Below the pieces are notes generated by a model that saw nothing but the letters and a program-made list of their open reading frames with translations, was not told where the DNA came from and made no database searches. Positions 16,445 through 26,030 of a stretch of 64,000 bases of DNA are shown in pieces; the first letter of the stretch is position 1, and every line of letters begins with the position of its first letter. The DNA is from a virus (Duplodnaviria; Heunggongvirae; Uroviricota; Caudoviricetes): the IMG/VR virus record IMGVR_UViG_3300013383_000019, one strand, 5' to 3'. The position numbers and the translations under genes are program-made.

Positions 16445-17518
16445 ATGAAGTACGGCCGCACCCTGATGGAACTCGCGCAGGAAATCGAACGCCAGAACAA
16501 TGCTAAGCGCGACTATCTTGTCGATACCGCGCAGCTCACCATGGGGCTTGATGTAACCGATGAAGTCCGCCTGAACATCGATAACAGCGCTTACGCTTTT
16601 CACGTCAACGAAGTCGCCCATCAGCAAATCGGCCAGCAGACGGGCATTCCGCTCCCCTATTATCGCCGGATGCTCAGCGACGCGCCCGGCCTGCTCGCCA
16701 CCAATGTCAACCACTGGATGCGGCACCGGGACGAGGACGCAAAGGAGCGCCGCCGCATGGTGCGCACGCTGGATAACACTGCCCGCGCCTTCCTCTCCGA
16801 TCGTTATCGCCGCATCGATAACTACGAAATCGCCAACATCGTCCTCCCCATCCTCGGCGAAATCAAGGATGTGCAAATCGCCAGCTGCGAGGTCACCGAC
16901 CGCAAGCTGTATATCAAAGCCGTCAACCCGCGCCTTCAGGCGGACGTGACCCCCGGCGACGTCGTGCAGTCCGGTATCTGCATCACCAATTCGGAGGTCG
17001 GCCTCGGCAGTTTCGAAGCCTCCCCGCTCGTCTATCGGCTGGTGTGTTCCAACGGCATGGTTGTAAATGATGCGGCGCAGAAGCGCCGTCATATTGGGGC
17101 CAAAGCCCAGCAGGGCGAAGACTATGCGCTCTATGCGGATGAAACCATTACGGCGGACGACCGCGCGTTCATGCTGAAGGTGCGTGATACCGTGCGCGCT
17201 ATTGTGGATGAGACGCAGTTTGATAAGGTGGTCGCCATGATGCAGGAAGCCCGCGATGCGAAGATCACCGCCGAAAGCATCCCCGCCTTCGTCGAGCTCA
17301 CCGCCAAGGAATATGCCATTGGCAAAAAGGAAAGCGAGAGCGTCCTCAGCTACCTCATTCATGGCGGCGATCTCAGCTTGTACGGCCTGAGCAACGCCGT
17401 CACCCGCTTCAGCCAGGACGTGCCCAGCTATGACCGCGCTTCCGAGCTGGAAAGCATCGGCTATGATGTGCTGTCCATGCCGGCGAAGAAATGGAAGCAG
17501 CTGAACCACTCGGCGTAA
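16445..17518 (+). CDS. DUF932-like phage/plasmid protein, 357 aa.
   Basis: Overall resemblance to the DUF932 family, including a CSNGM-type motif (LVCSNGMVV). Confidence 0.5.
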   Translation: MKYGRTLMELAQEIERQNNAKRDYLVDTAQLTMGLDVTDEVRLNIDNSAYAFHVNEVAHQQIGQQTGIPLPYYRRMLSDAPGLLATNVNHWMRHRDEDAKERRRMVRTLDNTARAFLSDRYRRIDNYEIANIVLPILGEIKDVQIASCEVTDRKLYIKAVNPRLQADVTPGDVVQSGICITNSEVGLGSFEASPLVYRLVCSNGMVVNDAAQKRRHIGAKAQQGEDYALYADETITADDRAFMLKVRDTVRAIVDETQFDKVVAMMQEARDAKITAESIPAFVELTAKEYAIGKKESESVLSYLIHGGDLSLYGLSNAVTRFSQDVPSYDRASELESIGYDVLSMPAKKWKQLNHSA

Positions 17519-17767
17519 TGAGGCTCATTCATTGCAAGGGGTTTCCAAAGTGGAAGACCCTTCCCCATGCGGTGTGCCTTAAAACGGGGTATACCATACC
17601 CCATAGACGGCGGTAATATTGCCCGGCTGGATGATGGGGGTACCGTAGTTTTAACCACGGTATTTGCAGCAATCCGCAAAGGAGGGTACGCAAATGAACA
17701 CCCCTAGCAAAGCGTAGGCGGTAATCATTGTAAAAGAACCTGAACTTTATTCCGAGGAGGAAATTGA

Positions 17768-18526
17768 ATGGAAAACCAGACGCAAATTTTTAACAACGAA
17801 CAGTTTGGAAACGTCAGGATTATCGAGGAAGCCGGGAAATTCTTGTTCTGCGGCAGCGATGTAGCGAAGGCGCTGGGATATGCCCGTCCTAATGACGCGA
17901 TCGCCGCGCATTGCCGGTATACGGCAAAACGCAGTATACCTCACCCGCAGGCCGCGGATAAACAAATCGACATGATTTTCATTCCCGAAGGCGACGTTTA
18001 CCGCCTCATCACCCACAGTAAACTCCCGGATGCAGAAAAATTCGAACGCTGGGTGTTCGACGAAATACTTCCCGCCATCCGCAAAACGGGCGGCTACATC
18101 GCCGGCGAAGAAAACATGACAGACGATGAGCTCGTCGCCAAGGCGCTCATTATCACAACCGAGAAGCTCAAGCAGCGCGAAGCAAGGATTGCCGCGCTCA
18201 GCGCGCAGATCGAGGAAGATCGCCCCTATACTCATTTCGGCAAGTCCATCTCCGCCAGCGACGCCACCATCCTGCTCGGCGATTTCGCCAAGGTCGCCGC
18301 CAACAGCGGCATTCCCATCGGCCGCAACCGGCTCTTCAAGTGGCTGCGCGATAACAAATACCTCATGCCGGATAATAAACCGTATCAGCGGTATGTCGAT
18401 CAGGGCGTGTTCGCTGTCAAGGAAAGCAAGGTCTTCACCGGCTTTGAGGAAACCATCCGGACAACCACGCTCGTCACCGGCAAAGGGCAGAAATATCTCA
18501 TGGAACGATTGGAGGCCGGCGCATAA
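17768..18526 (+). CDS. Phage antirepressor with a Bro-N domain and a KilA-C domain.
   Basis: N-terminal FNNEQFGNVRII..FCGSDVAKALGY (Bro-N); C-terminal KilAC-like region; RBS gaggagg. Confidence 0.7.
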   Translation: MENQTQIFNNEQFGNVRIIEEAGKFLFCGSDVAKALGYARPNDAIAAHCRYTAKRSIPHPQAADKQIDMIFIPEGDVYRLITHSKLPDAEKFERWVFDEILPAIRKTGGYIAGEENMTDDELVAKALIITTEKLKQREARIAALSAQIEEDRPYTHFGKSISASDATILLGDFAKVAANSGIPIGRNRLFKWLRDNKYLMPDNKPYQRYVDQGVFAVKESKVFTGFEETIRTTTLVTGKGQKYLMERLEAGA

Positions 18527-18734
18527 GCCGTGGACAGTTCATGTTCACCGTTGATGGAAGAGGTTCGCCGCGGTCGTGCAGTTCTGCAAAGACAACAAGC
18601 GCTATCGCGATTGCTGCCAGTAACAAGACGCCGAGAGGTGTTGCTCCGGCGGTCGGGAACAAAAATACCAAGCCGCTGTAATTGCTTACAGCTTGTAACA
18701 CGCAGGTTACGCCACGCAAGAGATAAATCATCAA
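18498..18734 (-). CDS. Small membrane protein, 78 aa; paralog of 36590..36871.
   Basis: Shared block NYSGLVFLFPTAGATPLGVLLLAAIAIALVVF; sits antisense within a plus-strand gene array. Confidence 0.45.
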   Translation of the reverse strand: MMIYLLRGVTCVLQAVSNYSGLVFLFPTAGATPLGVLLLAAIAIALVVFAELHDRGEPLPSTVNMNCPRLMRRPPIVP

Positions 18735-18813
18735 TTTGGTTAAAAACTTACGGCTCGGCGTTTTCTTCCATCAACCGTGGACATGAACATTATAACATGC
18801 AAGGAGCCTTGAA

Positions 18814-19350
18814 ATGAAACTTGATATCGACGATACGAAATTTTTCGACGACCCAATCTTCGGCAACCTCTGGGCGATAAAAACAAACGGCGTGTGGTGG
18901 TTTTCCGGGCTGAATATCGCGCACTCGCTCGGATATGAGAATCCGGAAGCCGCCGTGAAAAACCATTGTGCGCCGGCTGGTATTGTCTGGCGGGAAGACA
19001 GGCCGTGCGTCTCGCTCAGCAACGCGCTTCGGCTCACAGCGTTCAGCACATCTCCCAAAGCCACAGCATACGGCGACTGGCTCGGCAACGACGTGGTCCC
19101 CGCGCTCTTCAAAAAAAACAGCATCTATTGCATCCCAAGCAAGGACGAAACCACATGGCGCAGCGCTATGGCACTTCTGATTGTCGCGCTTATCGTCTCC
19201 TTTGGATCGCTCGCAATCCATCTGATCGCTCATTCGGACTTGCATAAAAATTCAATTACGGCAACTAATCCGCCGGCGATTGTGGCAACTGCGATTGCCG
19301 CCCTCCCCCAGGAAGATCTCATCCTCTCAAATCTATCGCGAAAATATTGA
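18814..19350 (+). CDS. Bro-N domain protein with a C-terminal TM segment.
   Basis: FGNLWAIKTNGVWWFSGLNIAHSLGYENP is the Bro-N signature. Confidence 0.6.
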   Translation: MKLDIDDTKFFDDPIFGNLWAIKTNGVWWFSGLNIAHSLGYENPEAAVKNHCAPAGIVWREDRPCVSLSNALRLTAFSTSPKATAYGDWLGNDVVPALFKKNSIYCIPSKDETTWRSAMALLIVALIVSFGSLAIHLIAHSDLHKNSITATNPPAIVATAIAALPQEDLILSNLSRKY

Positions 19351-19532
19351 ACCCCTTCCTCGCTGATATAGTACTGCACCTCGGTTGGGGTGCCGCACTG
19401 AAAATTCAGAAATTTACGAGTTGCAAGTCCTTTTTGATAAAGCGGGAAACCTTCTTCTTGCGTAAGCTTCTCGCCGCGCTTCAATCGAACCAGATCGCGA
19501 TGCTCTTTTTTCGTAAGCTTAAGGGTATCCAT
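19230..19532 (-). CDS. Hypothetical protein with a C-terminal TM segment, 100 aa; its tail overlaps 18814..19350.
   Basis: Track ORF with RBS gaggtgg; the convergent 120-nt overlap lowers confidence. Confidence 0.3.
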   Translation of the reverse strand: MDTLKLTKKEHRDLVRLKRGEKLTQEEGFPLYQKGLATRKFLNFQCGTPTEVQYYISEEGVQYFRDRFERMRSSWGRAAIAVATIAGGLVAVIEFLCKSE

Positions 19533-19610
19533 ACAACCACCTCGCCCTTGATTATATCATATAATCCGGCGTCATAAAATCATGAGCGGAACAAAACAAA
19601 AACGGGACGG

Positions 19611-19892
19611 TTACCCGCCCCATTCCTTCCTTGTCGGCGCGATTGCGGCTAACCATCCCAGCCAGGAAATAACGATTAGTCCAATCGCCAGCCACTCTGC
19701 CGGGATAAACCCGAGCTACGCCAACCCTACCCCGATGTAACCCATCAGGCTGCGCTGAATCATCGCCCCGCGTGCCGCGAGGGCGACCCCAGCTGAATTC
19801 AGCGCAAAGTTTACAGGGAAAGGCGCAAGCGCTCCGGTCTATCCAAGTATGAGTGAAACCGACGCAGAATGTTTATCGAGCAACTTTATCAT
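19611..19892 (-). CDS. Small membrane protein, 93 aa, with two in-frame TAG codons (codons 18 and 59) and its own promoter. Either amber-gated or a pseudogene.
   Basis: Reads MIKLLDKHSASVSLILG*TGALAPFPVNFALNSAGVALAARGAMIQRSLMGYIGVGLA*LGFIPAEWLAIGLIVISWLGWLAAIAPTRKEWGG; RBS gggaggag; extended -10 TGgTATAAT about 50 nt upstream. Confidence 0.4.
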
Positions 19893-20040
19893 TTTCTTTT
19901 CTCCTCCCAAAACAAAATGGCGAAAGGAAAAGAAACGCAAGCGCTCTTATTTGCATTATACCATACGTAGAACAGGTGTGCAACGTTCCGCTCATGATCT
20001 TATGGCGCTGGACGCGCCAAATAAAACAGGAGGTATCCAT

Positions 20041-20307
20041 ATGCAGGATAACAACGACAAAGCGAAAAGAAAACAGGTCAGGGATGTTATCGATTCTATA
20101 AAGCTGCTCGGCTGCGCGGTTTTGTTCACCGGCTGCGGCGCAACGTTGCCCACCCGTGTGCCGGGCGTATCAGTACTGGAAACAGGACCGCTGTGGGCGG
20201 TGCCGGTAATGTGGGTCGGCGCGCTCATCCTTGTAGCTCTCAGTGTCTGGATGAACCACAACAAAGAAAAATGGCAGGAACCCGAAGAGAAAAACGAAAC
20301 CAAGTAA
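20041..20307 (+). CDS. Small membrane or lipoprotein-like protein, 88 aa.
   Basis: RBS aggaggt; sequence LLGCAVLFTGCG and a TM helix. Confidence 0.45.
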   Translation: MQDNNDKAKRKQVRDVIDSIKLLGCAVLFTGCGATLPTRVPGVSVLETGPLWAVPVMWVGALILVALSVWMNHNKEKWQEPEEKNETK

Positions 20308-20331
20308 AGCAAAGCAAAGGAGCGTAAAACC

Positions 20332-20637
20332 ATGACCCTTACAGCCGGTATTCTCAGCGTCCTTTTCGTCCTCGCCCTCGTCACAGCGTCCTTCTTCCTC
20401 GGCATGCGCATTTCGAATCTCTATCACCGGCATGAGCAGGAGGCGATCAGCAGCGCCCTCCGCCGCAATAAGGAAGCCGCGCATGAGAACTATCTCATGT
20501 CCGAGCGGGAACGCTGGTGGAACGCGTACAGCGCGACATCTGCCAAGACAGGTTCAAGCTCCAAAGCGCAGGTAATCCCCGTCGAGTTCACCGATAAGCT
20601 GAGCTCCGAAGGAAAGGCGACGATACGGATTCACTAA
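20332..20637 (+). CDS. Membrane protein, 101 aa.
   Basis: Track ORF with an N-terminal TM helix. Confidence 0.45.
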   Translation: MTLTAGILSVLFVLALVTASFFLGMRISNLYHRHEQEAISSALRRNKEAAHENYLMSERERWWNAYSATSAKTGSSSKAQVIPVEFTDKLSSEGKATIRIH

Positions 20638-20644
20638 GTCCGCT

Positions 20645-20735
20645 ATATACGAAGTATATATCCTACTCTACTCAAGACCATTACCATTCGTTCACTTAAG
20701 TTTTTTGCTTAAATGTGATTGTTTTAACAATTATG
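20645..20735 (-). repeat. Inverted third copy of the 90 bp regulatory repeat module, about 170 bp upstream of antirepressor gene 20890.
   Basis: Its reverse complement aligns at about 85% with 4021..4108, including the palindrome tatatacgaagtatatat and aaaacttaagtgaac. Confidence 0.75.
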
Positions 20736-20889
20736 TGGTAATAATCATCCTGCCCGCCCATTTGACAAACCCGGTTCAATTTTGCTTAACTCTATGCGTG
20801 TCGGGTTTCACGGTCGACGGCGAAAAGGGTGCCGTGAAACGTGACAGGCTTCTCTACTACCACAGATCAGAAACTGAAAGGAGTTCAAG

Positions 20890-22035
20890 ATGGAAAATCA
20901 GATTCAGCTTTTTAAGAACGAACAGTTCGGGGACGTGAGAACGGTACTGCAGAACGGCGAACCATGGTTTGTGGCCGCCGATGTGTGTAGGTGTATTGGT
21001 CTGGGTAATGTTTCCAGCGTTATCAACCGTCTTGATGATGAAGAAAAACGGAAGTATGAAATTGAAACATCCGGTGGAAAGCAGACGCTCAACTTTGTCA
21101 ACAAAAACGGGCTGATTGTTATCGTTTGTGGCAGCCGAAAAGAAATTGCAAAACGCTTCAAGAATTGGATTTCTACTTCTGTTTTCCCGGCGCTTGGTCT
21201 ACGGTGGAGCCTTGACGATATCTATCAGCAGGAAACGGTTTGCGCTTCGTCTGAACTGTCGGTTTACAATAGTGCAGAGTTCGGTTCTGTTCGCGTCCAC
21301 CGAGATGAAAACAATGACCCATGGTTTGTAGCGGCGGATGCTTGCAGAATCCTTTCGCTTTCTGACACGTCGCAGGCAATGGAACGAATTGATGATGAAG
21401 ACAAAAGGGTGTTCAGAGGAATACGCACCGCAAATAATACCCTTTTCGCGTGGTGCGTTAATGAATCCGGGCTTTACTCTTTGATTATCGAATCGAACAA
21501 ACCTGAGGCCAAAGCCTTCCGGCGCTGGATCACCCATGAGGTTATCCCCTCCGTCCGCAAGCATGGCCTTTACGCCGCCGATGAGCTGCTCGCCAACCCT
21601 GATCTGTTCATCAAGGTTCTGCAGGATCTCAAAGAGGAACGCGCCCGCGCCGCTCAGCTGGCCACGCAGAACGCCGTCCAGTCCCAGCAGATCGCGGAAA
21701 TGCAGCCCAAGGTCAGCTACTATGATCTCATCCTGCAAAATCAGTCCGTCATGCCCATCGTGCAGATTGCCAAGGACTACGGGTTCTCTGCGCGGACGAT
21801 GAACCAGAAGCTGCATGAGCTCGGCGTGCAGTATAAGAGCGGCGGCGTGTGGCTGCTGTATCAGAAGTACACCCCGGAGGGATATACGCAGACCAAGACC
21901 TATCTTAACGACGACGGGGCCTGCAACGTTCACACCTACTGGACGCAGAAAGGCCGGCTCTTTCTCTACGACCTGCTGAAACGGAAGGGGATTCTTCCCA
22001 GAATCGAACAGAATAACGAGGAGGTATGCGCGTAA
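20890..22035 (+). CDS. Antirepressor with two tandem Bro-N domains and a KilA-C domain.
   Basis: FKNEQFGDVR..WFVAADVCRCIGL and AEFGSVRVHRDENNDPWFVAADACRILSL are Bro-N repeats; C-terminal KilAC-like region. Confidence 0.7.
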   Translation: MENQIQLFKNEQFGDVRTVLQNGEPWFVAADVCRCIGLGNVSSVINRLDDEEKRKYEIETSGGKQTLNFVNKNGLIVIVCGSRKEIAKRFKNWISTSVFPALGLRWSLDDIYQQETVCASSELSVYNSAEFGSVRVHRDENNDPWFVAADACRILSLSDTSQAMERIDDEDKRVFRGIRTANNTLFAWCVNESGLYSLIIESNKPEAKAFRRWITHEVIPSVRKHGLYAADELLANPDLFIKVLQDLKEERARAAQLATQNAVQSQQIAEMQPKVSYYDLILQNQSVMPIVQIAKDYGFSARTMNQKLHELGVQYKSGGVWLLYQKYTPEGYTQTKTYLNDDGACNVHTYWTQKGRLFLYDLLKRKGILPRIEQNNEEVCA

Positions 22036-22331
22036 TGGAACATCTTGTAACCGTCGGCGTTGTTCTTGAGGATGATGCCGTTCAAAGGAGCGTGGTCAAC
22101 GCGCTCCGGGATAAGCTTTACGGTCAAATTGAGGATGCGCTCTGCGCCGAGTATTACCGCTACCGTAATCCGAAATCCGCGCTGACAGTCCTCGTCGAAC
22201 ATAGCACTGAGAAATTCCTTGAAGACCATAAGGCGGAAATTGTGGCGGCGACCGCGTCGTTGCTGGCCGAAAAGCTGCGGAACACCAAAGCCGTGAAGGA
22301 TATGGTAAAGGGGCTGGCTGATGACGCGTGA
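22026..22331 (+). CDS. Hypothetical protein, 101 aa.
   Basis: Track ORF. Confidence 0.45.
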   Translation: MRVMEHLVTVGVVLEDDAVQRSVVNALRDKLYGQIEDALCAEYYRYRNPKSALTVLVEHSTEKFLEDHKAEIVAATASLLAEKLRNTKAVKDMVKGLADDA

Positions 22332-22683
22332 AAAGGTTATAAGGTTGTTGCGGCAGTTTATCCACCAGTTTGATGGACGGGATGTGGAGGATGAATTTGT
22401 TGAGGACGTGCTTGAAGCAGCTGCTGACATGCTGGAGCAGGACACGCAGACTTGGATAAGCGTCAAGGACAGAATGCCGCCCGAAAAACATTATGGGCCC
22501 ACGCCCGGCATTGGTTTTACTTGTTCTGACGCTTGTCTTGTCGCGGTAGATATCAACGGGATCGACCGCACCGTAGCGCAAGATTGGACTGTCGATGGAT
22601 CTTGGCGGCGTTATGCCGGCTATGTCGCCCACTGGATGCCCATGCCCTGCGCGCCAGAACCGTTAAAGGAGGAACAGACATGA
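22321..22683 (+). CDS. DUF551-like phage protein.
   Basis: WISVKDRMPPE motif. Confidence 0.45.
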   Translation: MTREKVIRLLRQFIHQFDGRDVEDEFVEDVLEAAADMLEQDTQTWISVKDRMPPEKHYGPTPGIGFTCSDACLVAVDINGIDRTVAQDWTVDGSWRRYAGYVAHWMPMPCAPEPLKEEQT

Positions 22684-22859
22684 CGACGGCGACCGTCACA
22701 ATTCCCATTCTGCCGACAATTATGGGGCTTGTAGGCTACTTTGCACTTGCCGCAGTCAGCCGGGACGATAGGTGGTGGGTAGAATTTACAGCATTGGCGT
22801 TTGGCGTGACAATGTTTTTCGCAATACTCGGAATGCAAACAGCAATACTGGGAGGATAA
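22680..22859 (+). CDS. Small membrane protein, 59 aa.
   Basis: RBS ggaggaa; two TM helices. Confidence 0.4.
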   Translation: MTTATVTIPILPTIMGLVGYFALAAVSRDDRWWVEFTALAFGVTMFFAILGMQTAILGG

Positions 22860-22862
22860 AGA

Positions 22863-23075
22863 ATGAAACGTATCAGCTTGGATAACGGTCACACTTTCCT
22901 GTCTGTCCGCGAAGCATTCCTTGAAATCGCTCAGCGAAAGCTCTGGGATGTTGTCGTCGCGGCGATGGACGATGAAACCCGCGAACGTACGCACGCCGCC
23001 GTCGTTCCCTGCAGCAACGAGGAATTTCTCGAAGAATATCTTGCCCGCGCCAATGAAGATCTGATCATCGGCTGA
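22863..23075 (+). CDS. Hypothetical protein, 70 aa.
   Basis: Track ORF. Confidence 0.4.
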   Translation: MKRISLDNGHTFLSVREAFLEIAQRKLWDVVVAAMDDETRERTHAAVVPCSNEEFLEEYLARANEDLIIG

Positions 23076-23097
23076 ATGGGAGGAGGTGACCGGCTGA

Positions 23098-23403
23098 ATG
23101 GAACCCGAAAAAATCCTCTGCCCCGGCTGCGGCGAAGCGATGTCCCTGCGTCCGCTGGGCTATTCCGAATATGGTCGGAGCGGTTATTGCTATCACTGCA
23201 ACTATTGCGGCTGGGATTCCCCGCCGGATGAAACTGCGCTCGGCGCGCATTACAGGGCCTCCGTCCGCGCCGGCTTCGTTCCGTATGAATACCATGAACG
23301 CTGTATGGAGCTGGAAATTGAGAAACGAATCGCTCTTGAAAAACGACTGAAGGAATTGGAGGAACGGCTAAAACCTGATTGCCGCCGCGGCGGCTCATAT
23401 TGA
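23098..23403 (+). CDS. Zinc-ribbon protein, 101 aa.
   Basis: CPGCGE ... CYHCNYCG motifs. Confidence 0.45.
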   Translation: MEPEKILCPGCGEAMSLRPLGYSEYGRSGYCYHCNYCGWDSPPDETALGAHYRASVRAGFVPYEYHERCMELEIEKRIALEKRLKELEERLKPDCRRGGSY

Positions 23404-23419
23404 TGTTTGCCCCGACATA

Positions 23420-23428
23420 TGCTATGAT
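23420..23428 (+). promoter_or_regulatory. Extended -10 promoter (TGcTATGAT) for the defence cassette.
   Basis: TGnTATGAT about 90 nt upstream of 23517. Confidence 0.35.
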
Positions 23429-23516
23429 AAATACAACAGGTTTGCCTTCCGCCGCGTTTGGTAACGGAGCAAACACAATGGGCGCTTTGCAGGCCGCCGG
23501 AAGGGAGTAACGCGCA

Positions 23517-24527
23517 TTGGCGATTACCAAAATTCAGTTAAACAATATCACGGTCTTCAGTTCTCTTGATTTGCCGCTTTCCAAAGGGATAAACGTTTTT
23601 ATCGGCGAAAACGGCGTCGGGAAAACGCATATCATGAAGTTGCTGTACAGCGCCTGCAGAGCGGTGAGGCATGATGTTTCTTTCGCGCAGAAAGTCGTAA
23701 AGGTCTTTATGCCCGACGGTGCCTGCATCCATCGCCTGATCAGCCGCAAGAAAAACATCAAGACAGGTTCTGTCAGCATTTTTTCAGACGCCGCGAAGCT
23801 CTCAATGAATATTACTTCCCAAACCAAAAAATGGGATGCGGATGTGCGCGGCGAAGAGAGGTGGGAGCGTCAGTTCCCGGAACTGAACAGCACCTTTATT
23901 CCCGCAAAGGAAATTCTCTCCAACGGCTGGCATTTTGAAGCCGCTGTCCATGTCGGCAACGTAGAGTTTGATGAAACCTATGTCGACGTGGTAAGCGCGG
24001 CTAAGATTGACATCAATACCGGCCGCGATCCGGAGAGTAGAAAGAAGTATCTCGATATTCTTTATCGGGCAACCAAGGGCAAGGTTTTGCTTGAAGAGGA
24101 TCGGTTTTATCTCCGTCCGGGCAATCAGGCAAAAATCGAGTTCAGTCTGGTTGCGGAAGGGATTCGAAAGCTTGCTCTCCTGTGGCAGCTGATAAAGAAC
24201 GGAACGCTGGAAAACGGAGCTGTTCTTTTCTGGGATGAGCCCGAAGCGAATCTGAATCCAAAGTATATTCCCGTCGTTGCAGAAACGCTGCTTGCTCTGC
24301 AGCGCGATGGAGTACAGGTATTCGTTTCTACGCACGACTATTTCCTGACGAATTATCTCGAAATCAAACGCAAGGCAGAGGATGAAATCCTTTACCATTC
24401 GCTTTATTGGGAAGATTCGGAAGTGGTTTGCGAAACGCAGAAGTCTCTCGCCGCGCTCCAGCATAATGCAATTTCTGAAACCTTCCGGCAAATGTACGAA
24501 GATGAAATCAGGAAAGCGATGGGTTGA
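23517..24527 (+). CDS. ABC/AAA_21-type ATPase, 336 aa; a candidate defence-system ATPase.
   Basis: Walker A GENGVGKT, Walker B LFWDEPEANL and an H-loop STHDYF. Confidence 0.65.
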   Translation: MAITKIQLNNITVFSSLDLPLSKGINVFIGENGVGKTHIMKLLYSACRAVRHDVSFAQKVVKVFMPDGACIHRLISRKKNIKTGSVSIFSDAAKLSMNITSQTKKWDADVRGEERWERQFPELNSTFIPAKEILSNGWHFEAAVHVGNVEFDETYVDVVSAAKIDINTGRDPESRKKYLDILYRATKGKVLLEEDRFYLRPGNQAKIEFSLVAEGIRKLALLWQLIKNGTLENGAVLFWDEPEANLNPKYIPVVAETLLALQRDGVQVFVSTHDYFLTNYLEIKRKAEDEILYHSLYWEDSEVVCETQKSLAALQHNAISETFRQMYEDEIRKAMG

Positions 24528-24533
24528 GCGCCT

Positions 24534-25052
24534 ATGAGTCTGTCAGTTCGTGAGTCTGGCATCACGTTCGGTCCGTTCGACGAAGCACGCTTTTATCATG
24601 TCGAGAAATCCGGTTCATATAATCGTCTTGGCAAAAATTTTTCAACCGTTGAATTTATTTTTATGAACCGGAAAAATCAGCTCTGCTTTGTCGAAGTGAA
24701 GTCCTCTTCTCCAAGACAGAATGGAAGTCCGGGACAATTTGAGACATGGATAACGAAAGTCGTCTCGAAGTTCTGCGATTCGCTTCAGCTTTTCCTGGCA
24801 GTTTATACGGAGAGGCGCGCTGAACCGTGCCTTGGCGGTGCTATCCGGCATGCCGATATAAAAACATTGCCGATGAAATTTATACTCATTATCCCCAATC
24901 ATCGTCCGGAATGGCTTGCGCTGATACAAAATGAGTTGAAACAGCGCCTATATAAAACCACCGCGATGTGGAATATCGACGTGGCGGTCATGAATCAAAA
25001 CCTCGCAAAAGAATACGGCATGATCTGCCGCGAAAAATCAACTTCAACTTAA
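24534..25052 (+). CDS. Small partner of the ATPase, 172 aa, with a PD-(D/E)xK-like motif (..FVEVKSS..); a putative nuclease effector.
   Basis: 6-nt gap after the ATPase; E-V-K motif after a hydrophobic strand. Confidence 0.45.
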   Translation: MSLSVRESGITFGPFDEARFYHVEKSGSYNRLGKNFSTVEFIFMNRKNQLCFVEVKSSSPRQNGSPGQFETWITKVVSKFCDSLQLFLAVYTERRAEPCLGGAIRHADIKTLPMKFILIIPNHRPEWLALIQNELKQRLYKTTAMWNIDVAVMNQNLAKEYGMICREKSTST

Positions 25053-25067
25053 CAGAAGGAGCGCCCC

Positions 25068-25337
25068 ATGTATTATTATCTCATTCGCGCAACCGGCAAC
25101 CGCAACAAACTTCTCTGCTGGGATACCGACCCCATGGCCATCGCCTCCCGTCTCAAGCTCCTCTATGATAACGAGGACTGCGACGGCAAAGCCCTCCCCG
25201 CCAGCGGGAATTCAGAACTGACAGATATCCTCCCGCCCGATACCATTACCGCCTTCCGCAAGCCGGACGGCACCATGTACGCCATGATTATGATGGAACA
25301 CGCGCCGGACGAGAATATTCTGAATAAAATGAAGTAA
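25068..25337 (+). CDS. Hypothetical protein, 89 aa.
   Basis: Track ORF. Confidence 0.4.
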   Translation: MYYYLIRATGNRNKLLCWDTDPMAIASRLKLLYDNEDCDGKALPASGNSELTDILPPDTITAFRKPDGTMYAMIMMEHAPDENILNKMK

Positions 25338-25409
25338 TTATAATAAAGTTGACGCTCCGCAGAAAATGTATTATAATTTTTAAGGAAACCAAGCGGAAGG
25401 AGGATCTGC

Positions 25410-26030
25410 ATGGAAGCGTTTTATGATTATCTTTTGAAGAAATACGGGAAGAACGTTCCAATTTTTTTCGATGACGTATCATTTGAAAATTATTCCCGTC
25501 CATGGGTCAGTAGCCAGCTTGCTGCTCTTTGCAAGTGCGGGAAACTAAAACGTTTCCAAAAAGGGGTGTATTACATCCCCTCCGAGACGATTTTCGGCCC
25601 CAGCGTTCTGAATCCGCGCGATGTCATCGAAAGAAAATATATCAAACGGAATGGAGCGGTAATCGGATTTTACGCCGGCGCGACGCTCATAAATAACTTA
25701 GGGCTCTCGACACAGATGCCAAATGGCGTTGAAATCTTTACAAACGCCGTTTCTTCCCGTTCCAGAATTGTTTCCGTCGGTGGGCAGCAGGTTGTGCTGA
25801 AACGGCCTCCGGCGCGCGTCACTTCGAAAAATGTTTCGACGATGATGCTCTTTGAGGTGCTGGATGCTTTGCCGCCCAACGCATTATCGCAAGAACGTCG
25901 GGATGCGCTGCGCAAATTTATAAAAGCAAACGGTGTTACAAAGGAAAATATATCTCAGCTTTGCGGCTTTTTCCCCGATAAGCCGATTCGAACTCTTGTT
26001 GAAAGCGGGGTGATTTACGATGCTACATGA
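25410..26030 (+). CDS. AbiEi-family antitoxin or transcriptional regulator (type IV TA / abortive infection).
   Basis: Located immediately upstream of the AbiEii-like gene, overlapping it by 11 nt; size and composition are typical of AbiEi. Confidence 0.5.
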   Translation: MEAFYDYLLKKYGKNVPIFFDDVSFENYSRPWVSSQLAALCKCGKLKRFQKGVYYIPSETIFGPSVLNPRDVIERKYIKRNGAVIGFYAGATLINNLGLSTQMPNGVEIFTNAVSSRSRIVSVGGQQVVLKRPPARVTSKNVSTMMLFEVLDALPPNALSQERRDALRKFIKANGVTKENISQLCGFFPDKPIRTLVESGVIYDAT

